The notes below the pieces were generated by a model. That model saw only the letters and a list, made by a program, of their open reading frames with translations. It did not search any database and was not told the DNA's origin. Position numbers and translations under genes: made by a program. A DNA stretch of 64,000 nt from Phoronis australis (taxonomy: Eukaryota; Animalia; Phoronida): assembly GCA_002633005.1 (NCBI GenBank), contig NMRA01000162.1:37335-101334 (forward strand), in the 5' to 3' direction. Shown in pieces: positions 53,401 to 64,000 of this stretch (positions within the stretch are counted from its first letter, which is position 1; each line of letters starts with the position of its first letter).

Positions 53401-56400
53401 TGTTTAGACAGGTGGAGACACCAGTCACCAGCTCCATGTGACCTGTTGTGACACCTTCACCCATGTATCTTACTGGACACATCAAAATAAACAGGATAAA
53501 CATTACAATCCATCTAACCCAATGAATATTACAAGTAATGTAGTTGAACACAAGAGCAAAACCTTGATGCTTTTTATCAGCAGTGTTGTGTAATTGCTGA
53601 CATTACTTTCCCTACTTTATGGACAATTGTTATAATTATGATACACTTGTAATGTTACCAAAATCACAATTCGTTTCTTATACTGATGTATGCATAAAGA
53701 CAACCTTGTTTCATTCAAGAATGGCAAGCATTGGGACTGGGTATATCACATAGTCACGTAATATACAACACAGAGGCAAGGCAAAAATGAGGCAAGGCAC
53801 AAAAATCAAAGACTTTAACAGCAATTAACTGCCAATAAAACACGTGAATGAAACATTTCGTCTTTATTCAAACATTTTTGATACTTGTCATACAATAATT
53901 TGTCATGAAAAGAATCCTACTTTGACAACCTAACCAGTCTGGATTGGTCAACTTGACCAGTTTCCGCACCACAGAATTTGTTTGTTCAAATCAAAGACAC
54001 CATGCTGTTGTGGTTAATTAAATCGCCTCAGACTGCTGATATTATCGTTCTCTAGATAAGGAGACCATCATGAACACATTAAGGGCAACAATAGTATTTT
54101 TAAACACTTTGAAAGTTTATAAATAGCATATTTGAATAGTTGGTGATTAGGTTTTTGAATTTTGAAAATTGGACAGGAAATGTGACTTCTACAATCTAAA
54201 ACGCTTGTTTAATGTTGCAATGGCATGTTCCTCATTAATTTTGCTGGGTGTGAAACATAATTGGCCCAATTACCAAACCACCAGGCAGCAGTTGGATTTT
54301 GAGGTAAGCCAGGTGTAATCAGACGATTCTGGGCATGTATATCATCAACCACTTCAAATGTTGGTGTCTAAATTTACATGGGAACAATGCAGTGCTATAT
54401 TGACAGGAGACAATAAACCGAACTTTGACTTCTGATACCAATAAACTACCTTATCAAACAGCCAGAGCGCATGTTGATCCCGAACAGTACCGGTTGACGG
54501 TTGTTGTTAAGCACAGTCTCTGTGATACAGTCGCCTATAGCCGTACTCTTCAGCAGGTTGAACCATTCATCTGAATCTTGAGACAGACTTATTACGCTGA
54601 AACAACAGTTGAGGAAGAATAGTAACTGATCACCAAGTAACACCACGGATTAAAATTTGACAGTAAAAATCACACATTATGTCTATCATTCAATTAATGT
54701 ACTAGCTTGCTTAAGTTACAGCTGAAGGAATATCCTAAAAACACTATTGTCTTGTCATTTTCTAAACAGCCTGGAACGTTATTCCCCTAACTTAACCATA
54801 AATAACAGGTCGCTCTAAAATTACTTACTTTGAATCTGATGATTCTTCACGTTCCTTTATCAATTATAAATGAACTTCAGAACGAATTTCATCACATTTG
54901 ATTTAGGCCAGAACAGAAGTGCAAACTTTAAAAATTAACGTGTAAGTAAATAACGACATATGTATCCAACGTCTCAGTTAATTACTCTAAACCGTTCTCA
55001 AGGAAACAGTTCACAGACTCAAAACAGGGGACACAGGTAGAGAAGAGACTGTACAGGTACACATCAAAATGCATTGTGAGGGGGAGAGACTCGAAATCAA
55101 AACAGTTGGAGCTCAAATGAACCAATGTTTCTATTGAGGTAACGCTCAGCATGGTTTAACTGTATATGCATAGCCTCCTTTATGAGGAGCCTGAGGGTGG
55201 CATTATCCTTGTCTAGGATCTGAACACCAGAGCAATCTATAGTGTGACCAGTTGTCAAGGAATGATTTGAGAAACAGCACTGTGTGTGTCTTTACAGTGT
55301 TCTTTGACTCTGATGCTAAGAATCCTGTTGTCATTCCAATGTAAAACTGTTCACAGTAACTGCAGTTGAGTTGGTACACAACATGACTTCTTTGAGAATT
55401 ACTCAACGGTGTTTTTAGTCTCGACAATGACAAAAGTCTGTTTACAGGTTTGAAGATTGTAAGGAGTTGCAAGCATGGAGCAATAGCTTAACCTGCCTCT
55501 CGACTCCACAACTACTGTTACCTAAATAGGGGAGATTTAGAAATACTTTCTTCAATTGATTTCTGGTCTCTCCCCCTCACAATACATTTTGTTATGTACC
55601 TCTACAGTCTCTTCTCTACCTATGTCACCTGTTTTGAGTCTGTGAACTGTTTCCTTGAGAATGGTTTAGAGTAATAAACCGAAACGTTGGATAGATACGT
55701 CGTTATTTACTTACGCGCTAATTTTAAAGTTCGTGCTTAGAACGAATTTCAATCTCAGGCTTCACTATAAACAAGGAAGATACCTGTCTGTTAGCTTTTT
55801 GCCTGCTAGGACAGGTCGTTCAATGATATAACCAGGATTCCCACTCCGTACAAACTTGGGCGGTGGGGTGGAGCTTGTTACACTTGAATCGCCGAACTGT
55901 GAAATGAGGCAGAGTCACATGATTGGTCGAGTGATTGCATGAGGTATGTATACTCGGGAACCCAATGGTCGTCCGCCTAAGCATAAAACCGACTTGCTGT
56001 TGTACTCACCGAATTATTCCACTTCAAAGTTATGATCTGAATAGGATTCGATTTAACTCTCACAGATATACCGCATTCATCGATTCGGAAGTTTTCTTTA
56101 ATTTGTGCCGAGTTATTTCAAATGTGCACTGCCTTCGGCAGCCATTTTATTGTGACACCTAAGGTCGTCATATGCTGCCCCCTTTTGTAAAAACTGAGAA
56201 ACATGCAGAAAAAGGCCAACGAAGTAATGAAAATTGCAACAGCCTGTTTTTATTGACATAAACTCGATTTGAAGCTTTGATGTTGAGCTCTGCACTGTGG
56301 TTTCCAATAAAAGCCAATTGGACAACATTTCAATGCAGTTTAATGGTGAATGCGTGAGGCAAAAATGTTAAGAACCCAGCGTATCGCATTTGTCTGCGGA

Positions 56401-59400
56401 TTTTTCCTTTGGCCTTCTAGATCCTACTAGTGCCTGGGACAAACAGATACATTGCATAAACAAACCCTGGATCATGTTTTGTGTCCCGTCGGAAGAAAAT
56501 TTAAATTCGAAAACATCTTCTGAAAACGCACAAAAAAGTGTATTAGTAAAATCTACTGATTTTTAAGTGGTTTTAAAAAACAATCGGTAAACTCACCGAT
56601 TTTTGTCTCATTACTTTGATACGTGTCTCTTCCGATAAGTTAGTACCTAACGTGCAGACGAGCACTCCAAATTGGAACGCTAAGTCCCGCGTGGTTGCGC
56701 TGCACGCGAAACAAGATGGCGGACGACCTTTGGAGCCTGACGACAATAGGTAACTGGACTATACTAGTGAGGTTAACTTAGTGATTCAAAGTTCAACACC
56801 TTTTAAAGGCGAATATTGTAAGCACAGTTAATTTCAGGTATAACTGAAGAATTTCAAACAAATACGAGGTATCCGCCAAACTTGAATTTTTAAAACCACT
56901 TGCGCAACATCGTTGATCAACAGGGCCAATCAGTACGTCAACCATTTTCAACAAAAACTGATGATTTTCATGTCCTATATTAACACATACTCCTAACATG
57001 CCATTTCCTTACAAAATGTGTTAAAAACCAGCCAAACTTGGCAATATCTGGTTTCTTGATGAAACTCTTCATTTATCAAACCAAGCGCACAACATTTAAA
57101 GGTAAAACTTCATAAATATAAACAGCCGCACAATGACGAAAAAATACATCAGCTTTCAAAAATGTATCTGTATAAGGTCGATATGAAGAGGGGTGGGGTC
57201 CCAGGGGACGAGTGCCCCGTTGCATGAAACAGTCCCAAATAGGGACTCTACTAAGTTCCCTATACCTTTTGCGTATTTGTTAGGTTCTATACTCACAGGC
57301 GAAGTATTTTTATCATTATAAGCTCTTCTTTGACTAATGACATTTTCTAATAATATGAACTGAAAACTAAGCCTATAATTCAAATGAAATAATTAGTCCT
57401 GAATCAATGTGTTGCATGAAAAGATCCCTACTTATCTTCAATAATATTGAGAATTCAACGTAGAGTTTACTTCCGTTTTTTTATCAAAGTCAAAAATTAA
57501 CTTAGCAATGAGACTCAAACAGCATATGAAACGACAATCAGTGTTTTCACAAGCCCACAAATATACTGTCCATTTAGGGAATTTAGTTGATTCCCTATTT
57601 AGGACTGTTTCATTCAACCGGCCAGTGACGCCCCCTCCACTCAAGCAATACAAAAATGCCAAATGACATGCTTTCTTTAGAGAAAAAGGAGCGATATATC
57701 TTTCTATATTTCCATATCACTGTGATTATATCAAAACACTTGGTGTGCAGCTGTGATCCAGTTCATGCCTAGGGTGTTTAAATTTTACCTTGCTAAATTG
57801 GATCTTGGACTTGTGAGTTAGTGGCAAGTGTGATTCAGTGATGGTCTTGAGTGTGTAGTCAAGATCTACACGGAATATTCCACCGTGTCCCTGATGGTGA
57901 ATCACATACTGGAGCTGAAGACAAGACAAAAGATTTGGTTCATTTAAATGCAGACAATCACAATTTAAAATAATTGTTCAAAAAGCTCTCATTTTGCAGT
58001 TTTCAAATGTAACCAATCACTTCCAATTCTATTGCATAACTGCTCTTACTATCAACTATTGCTTAGTACCACAGTCAAATCATCGACATACTTGAAATAT
58101 TTCAACAGTCGTTTTAAGGACCAAAATTGAAAACAAATACACTTTAACACATTTTCCACAATTAATACGTTCCAGAAAATAAATCATACCGAAACAACAA
58201 GGTTGCTTTTTCGGTCTTTGATTCTGAAAGAAGCCCCACGGGCGCTTGATGTTGGTGGGGGCTCTTTCGCAAAACCCAAGTACCCCTACCATACTACTTA
58301 GGCCTACTAACAGGTACTGCACAAACTATGTCTTAATATTACAGTATAGGACAAAAGTATTCAAATAAAATACAGCATGAGAGCTAATTTGTTGATAGCA
58401 AATGTGACTGACGACCAATAACAGCTTTGGCGGTAAAATTCCAATTACCTACTGGCTAAGGTACCTAATAACTTTACTCAATTCCTCTTCAAACTCGGTC
58501 ATGAGGGAAGGCAACGCTGACGATGAATTCGGCTTCCATCCAGCTGTCATGACAGGGAATTCCATATCACTTTGTCTAAATACTTTTTTTGTACAGTACT
58601 TCCCACTGCACAGTTAGCAAGCATTGATGATAAATTTCATTCTTTTCCTACACACTTACTTCTGTCAGTACATTTTGACATGTTCTTGTGTTGCTGTCAT
58701 ATGCTGGCGAGGGTATGTATGACACGTTGCCATAGCTACAGCTGACTTTTACACCTAGTTCATTATAACAGGTAGGCTTGGTGGTTGGCTGGATTTTCAG
58801 CAGACGGTTACCTGAGGAGGAGAATTGCTGAAATTAGACACTGAAAGCAGGTGGTGGAGTAAGCAATCCAGTCTTCAAAACAATATGAGAATGGTTCAAT
58901 CGTTGAAGGCAGAATGGGCGCACTTTCAAAGGCATCAAAACTTGCAAGTTCAAAACTAACATACAAGACAGCAAATTACAGAAAAATAAAATACAGACCA
59001 CTCAGAGACATACCTGTAGCATTCATATGGTGAATCATACATTTCGAACTACACTCTGCTGACAGTACTTTGTCAACAAATGGCTGGTATATGTCGTTTA
59101 CCACGGTTACATGATTTGTAGAATGTGGTTTGAAATGTTCAAATTAGCGATACGATACCTCTGTCTGAGTCAATAAACATTCCCCTATGATAACAGAGGA
59201 CAACTATGACCGTCAATTTGGCTTGTGCTCAGCCGTCAAGACAAGGAGTGATAATTCGGGCTCACTTTGTGCAATAACTTTTGACACCACCACGACATCA
59301 CCACTAACAACAACCACCACTAATGACACCACCACCTCCTGTAACTAAAGGAAATGTTTGAACTTACTGGGTATTGAGAGCGCACTGATGTCGTCAGTCT

Positions 59401-62400
59401 GGACTTGCCCAAACAAAGATGGGTTCTGAAACAGAAAACAGAACATGTTTATATCATGATCCTGGAGATTAGCCTACTCGGGAAGGGGGAGGGGGAGAGG
59501 GGCGCCAGGGTTATCTTCAACATACATTGAATGAGTTAACGACAATTTCTCACCAGTTGGTCCTTGGCACATTTCTGAAGATTTCATCCCTATCGATCAA
59601 TGAGGTCAACCATACTCAGCCACATTAAAAAAAATTTGTATTTCAAAGTTGCAATAAACAATATCCTGGAATCTCTTTCATGAAAAGAGATTTAAGACTT
59701 AAAAGGATACTAAACTCTGTTTTGGTGATTTTAACCAATCTTAGTTCTGTCACCTGTTAATGCATCATTGGCGTCATTCTTCCAAATTAAAGGCAGGAAT
59801 CAACTAAAAACTCACACTCCCTGTGTCACAAATTGGATATTACCGTCCTTGGTGGGTGGTGTTTTCCCACAAATACCGTGTAATTTGCTAAAGTCATGGG
59901 TCACACTTAACCATTTAACAGACTTTGAAAGGAGTTCTCAAATTTTGCTTCAAACTTTTGAGGGTTGTCAGGGAATTCAGAGCATTATTTTGTTTCAGAG
60001 AACTAGATGGGAAAGTCGTTTGTAGCACCTGTTAATAGGCCAAAACTGGGTATGGTATCCTTTTAAGTCGTAAATTTTAGCAGCTGTTAATAGGCCAAAA
60101 CTGGGTTTGGTATCCTTTTAAGTCGGAAATTTTGTATTTAGCTCCATACAACTGTTTCCCAAAAATCAATAAACCTCACTTTGGCAAAATACAGCCTCTT
60201 ACAACATACCCACTACTTCTAGTTACAAAGATAATTGGTATAAATTACACGTATTCCTGAGTTGTAATGTGTTAATAATTACACAACAACATTGTCATTC
60301 AGTAATTGTCACGTGGGAGCTAAAGAGCAAATTTCCATCTTAATCCACATTTCAAAACAACTGGGCCCTGGTGTCTAAGCACCTGCTTCCATCACACGGG
60401 GAGTTGCTACTCCAAAGCAACATCATCTGGTCCTTATGCTTTGTTTGGTTACTGTACAATACATGGCCTGGAACTCCACCAATTTTTGCTGAAGAAGGGA
60501 CCTGCTTTAGTTGCGTTTGAACGACAAAATCGGGGGTCAAGAAAGCAGATAGACTGCCATTTACAATTCCCCATTCCTGTCCTCTCCCTTGTCATCACGA
60601 ACTGCACCACAAACCCGTCGGTTGTCACAGAGGTATCTGATATACAGCAAATGTAGGCTTTCTTTTGGTGTGGACAAACCCACTGGAGTAGAGGAACACC
60701 TAGATGTCAATGGATGCAGTGATCGTGATAACATTCTAGCTACAGAAGAAATCTGGTACACCAGAAATGTTAAAGAGGACATCTTTATCAATACCAATAA
60801 GCCTACCATGAATCGAGACATGGAAAATGTAACTTCCTCCAGCATACAACCCTGTACTACTTAGGATTCATGGAACCGCAGGAAATACACCATTTGTACT
60901 TGACAAAGGACTGTAGAGTGCAGCCCAAAATGTCCGGAGCAACAAGAACGCAGCCCCTGAAAAGGTGAATTACTTTACCCTCCCTCTACCGGAGACTGAG
61001 CATTTTTTCTATCATTATCTATTTCATTGAAAAGTACTAGAAATGAACAAGACGCACAAAAAACCCAATTGAATGGCCCTTTCATATAAACATCAATGTT
61101 TTGGAGAGTTGTGGGCAGTATGAACAGCAACTGGATCGAAGTTAACAATGCTAGTTAACTTTGCACTTAACAAGTGGATTTACCAGTTAAGCATCAACAC
61201 TGTGGTGCAGTATGAATGGTCAACTTGTATCATATCGAAGTTTTCGCCATGAGCTTGCTATGCATCAGCACCACCATGCAAGTACTTTGATGAAAAGAGC
61301 GCCACCTACTGTTTCTTTCGATGCTGTTAACTACGAAGCTACTATAAATGGTCTAATTAACTTCACAGTTTACATAGACACTCCCCTCATACAGGAGTTA
61401 AGTAAGTATGAAAGGGCCTAAAAGTGAGCCTTGCATGCTATTTCTTTATCACTGTGATTGCTTGGCCAAATTAGTTAGAAACACAACATATAGCGACGAT
61501 GCGAATACGACGTAGGTTGAAAATTGCCAAATGTTTTTAAGAACAAGTTTTATGGCAAACATGATCCGCCGCAAATCACTGAACAGTGTCCACTAAGTAC
61601 CATGACACGGTGGTGAGGAATAACACTGCATGATGTGGGCCACGTGAGCCCGCGAGGTACGTCATTAGGGCAAAGGTCAACTATTTGGAGAGCTTTTTGT
61701 TTTCACATTTACAAGTTGTCAGTGAATACAAATGCACTTTATTTAGCGTAGATTATGCTAAAATAGCATTGTCGTTTAGTTCCTGCAATACATTAGCATA
61801 GTTAGGAGCATGCAAATACATCTTAAGACTAGCAGATACACATCTGCCCTGGGCCCGGTCTCTAATCTTTGTACTCGAAACGAACTCAAAACTATTTTTG
61901 GCAATTTCTCTGCTCCTTTTGTGCGAACTTAAGATAATTGGTTATCAGATTGTACTCCAATACATTATAGTTTATGCATAGGAGTTTCTAGTTCAAGTTT
62001 GCCCTTGAAGACTCTTATATTCGTGCTACAAACTTGAGTAAAAACTCGAAATTTCGAGTTCAAACTCGAACTTATTGCTTTGATATTGGGTTTACAAACT
62101 GTGAACTAAGGGCAATAAATTATCTACGTAAGTTATTGTGTACTCGAGCATAGAATAATAGACACTTATCTTGAGTTCGCCCAAACGTAGAGTAGAAAAT
62201 GGCAAACCTAATTTCGAGTTCCATTTCGAGTAAAAAGATTGGAGACCGGGCCCTGTTTGTGAAGAGTAAGCCCAGGAGCCTATGTACGAAGCACAACAAA
62301 ACAGAAAAAGGCGCAATGTCCGCCTAAATACACAGACTGTATTAAACAATACTTACAGCAAGAACACTGAATCCATTGAAGTATTTCTTCACATTCACAA

Positions 62401-63726
62401 CAGAGTTCTCTACACACAATGCCTGTAGGTCAGTGACGGCGCGGCTACACTCGTAAGAGTCATCATACAGGTAAGCTGTAACACATGAAATGCACAAGCC
62501 TGTAATTCACAAATTGTAAACTCCAGAAAATACAGGCGAGATGTAAAAGCCAGATTGTGCACTCAAAATATATGTTATGCACGTAACTTTAGTAGAGACA
62601 GACAGTCAAACAGGTCTACTACCAAACCATTGTCTCCTGTGCTTCAAGACGTTCCAGTCTATGAGTGGCTGTAAGAATCTAAAAATCACTCTTGTTATGT
62701 TGCATAAAACCGATATATAGAGAAGCGAAAGAAAACGAAGTTTGCTATAAAGAAAACACGCAAATCTTCAATATGAGGAATATGTGTAAGAAATGTCCAG
62801 GGCAATTTGATTTTCATTTTTACCCGGCTAAACAGGCTAAGATGCAGCTTTAAGTAATATATGTCACTTTCCTTAACCAACTTAATGTTTGTTGCACACA
62901 AATACTCACCAACAGCACCATTGGGTGAACACTCATTAGACAGTGCCGGACGTGGTATTCCAAACTCACTAAGAATACCAGAGTCAGATAAGGTCAGGAC
63001 AGGAGACCCAGCCTGAAATCATGAAGACCCAGAACATATCAGTTACTAGACATAAAAAGCAGTTTTAATATTTACCAGTTTTCCCCATTGAACAACAGCC
63101 AACAAACTGGATCTCAAAATTCAGGACACCTGTAATTGCCTATTGCCTCAAAACTGCCTTTGGTTTTTAAGTAAGAGGTGTAGTGACAAAAAATGTCAAT
63201 TGCAGAGATCCACCACTCAGAGTGCATAGGTACCAGTGTGTGAAAACATGCACAATGGCAACAGCACCAGTGCCAATACAAACTAACTCTGACTATCAAC
63301 AATGTGAACCACACAGTGATGGCAGCACCCGTAGTCATGGACACCAAACAGATGAAAATCCCATCTTTTTCGGTTCATACTTATCAAAAATGAATGTGTA
63401 TTTAAGTACGAAAATATCAAATTATCAACATTTACAATTCCCAGTCAGCCATCAGAAAGGTTTATTTCATTTCAAGCAAGTCGCTGGTGTTTTCACTGTA
63501 AAGTTTGGCACAGTATAGATACTCGCTCTTGGAGTGTACCTAAATCCACAAACACAGCCACTGAGGCATGCACACCTTCAGGACATTACCTTATATTCTT
63601 GACCCGAGATAGTGACAAAGTGATTTGTAGGTGTGAAGGAGAAAGCCTTGTAATGTTTCTTAAAATCTTTGTATAGCACATCTTTGTCGATGGCATCGGG
63701 TACTGTATAGGACGAACGAGACTGAA
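50412..63726 (-). CDS. Tectonic family (TCTN1/TCTN3-like), paralog B, 5'-partial (11 exons in window, equivalent to A exons 4-14)
   Basis: Exons 63590-63726, 62910-63012, 62357-62475, 59368-59425, 58660-58811, 57789-57914, 55784-55896, 54450-54596, 52924-53092, 51419-51565, 50412-50660 join in frame with the same intron phases as paralog A and several identical exon lengths (137, 103, 119, 126, 147, 249). Motifs RSGNPGY, LFGINMRSGC, YVGSFGN, NPQPKIIG, KLPRSFFWPF and a hydrophobic tail. Confidence 0.92.
52675..52874. mobile_element. Inverted-repeat Penelope-like pLTR remnant in a tectonic B intron
   Basis: ttaatgaataggcaaatagtacacaagttcattttcctgacatgctccgaggt is the imperfect reverse complement of acctcgaaacatgtcaggaaaacgaagttgtttactatttggctatttattaa; internal gaccttgacctttacat repeats. 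Confidence 0.65.
52803..52839 (+). ncRNA. Minimal type I hammerhead ribozyme motif (U3:A8 core variant)
   Basis: tct-TTGAGAA-t-GAGG agtga CCTC-GAA-ACATGT-C-agg: covaried core, 4-bp helix II, palindromic helix III, GUC cleavage triplet, short helix I. Confidence 0.6.
54920..55735 (-). mobile_element. Truncated Penelope-like retroelement: GIY-YIG endonuclease remnant flanked by ~170-bp inverted pLTR arms
   Basis: Minus ORF 55203-55472 has K..L...RSHVVYQLNCSYCEQFYIGMT (PLE GIY-YIG). Arms ~54920-55090 and ~55566-55733 are reverse complements and carry hammerhead motifs. Confidence 0.85.
55652..55691 (+). ncRNA. Minimal type I hammerhead ribozyme motif (U3:A8 core variant)
   Basis: TCC-TTGAGAA-t-GGTTTA gagtaa TAAACC-GAA-ACGT-T-GGA: helix I TCC/GGA, 6-bp helix II, palindromic ACGT helix III, GUU triplet. 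Confidence 0.65.
60023..60132. repeat. 55-bp tandem duplication
   Basis: tagca(c/g)ctgttaataggccaaaactgggt(a/t)tggtatccttttaagtcg(t/g)aaattt x2. Confidence 0.85.
60540..60870 (+). mobile_element. Degenerate Penelope-like GIY-YIG C-terminal fragment
   Basis: ORF 60589-60864: TGVEEHL..G......ILATEEIWYTRNVKEDIFINTNKPTMNRD resembles the PLE tail pattern V..H....H...IL..E..W..R.VKEAI.I....P..NRD. Confidence 0.7.
61852..62252. mobile_element. PIF/Harbinger-type MITE with CTG target-site duplication
   Basis: CTG|ggcccggtctctaatctttgtactcgaaa ... tttcgagtaaaaagattggagaccgggcc|CTG; ~30-bp TIRs and internal actcga/tcgagt subrepeats. Confidence 0.85.
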
Positions 63727-64000
63727 CTGAAAAAAGAAAGCACAGTTTGAAAGTGCGTGTAATGAGTAACATAGAATCTCTGCACTATATTTACCAACAG
63801 ACAATATTTTGAAAATTAATGGGCGTTCCCAGTAATCTTAGAAGCCCTTGAAAAATAAGAAAGAGCCATTTTGGCAATCATTTTCCCCGAAATTGTAAAA
63901 TTTGATGTCATTCATGTTTCACTCGAATTGTACATCAGATATTAACCCGCAAATGTCGAAATTACGACTGCGTGAAGAAATTTATCTGCAGAAACGATAT

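Larger units (their letters stand above)
54597..55783 (-). other. U12-like GT-AG intron of tectonic B, homologous to A intron 10
   Basis: 5' site AG|GTATCTTCC and branch-like TTCCTCAAC (54608-54616) close to the terminal AG; same position and phase (2) as in paralog A. Confidence 0.65.

Noticed and set aside
59186-59348. Thr-rich ~53-aa plus-strand mini-ORF
   Set aside because: Explained by a degenerate ACC/AAC microsatellite in a tectonic B intron.
60023-60132. Two perfect GTATCCTTTT U12-donor matches
   Set aside because: They lie on the strand opposite the host gene, inside a tandem duplication, with no adjoining exon.

Overview
AT-rich, intron-rich eukaryotic DNA from an invertebrate animal (species not determinable). 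Hand-splicing GT-AG exons gives five conserved genes: a fem-1-family ankyrin gene (+, 829-6645), RNF141 (-, 9947-13612), OGFOD2 (+, 17621-21687), and two convergent tectonic (TCTN1/3-like) paralogs (A: +, 25114-39402; B: -, 50412 to beyond the window end). Between the tectonics lie two genes the ORF track does not resolve: a small secreted basic-peptide gene (+, ~40917) and a frameshift-broken secreted gene with a Spaetzle/neurotrophin-like cystine knot (-, 45247-47993). Highlights: alternating exons are almost identical between the otherwise diverged tectonic paralogs (probable gene conversion); both paralogs share a U12-type intron; and three intronic Penelope-type inverted repeats carry U3:A8 hammerhead motifs in which the host-sense copy is always the more broken one. 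All exon models and identity counts are by eye and need alignment or RNA-seq confirmation.
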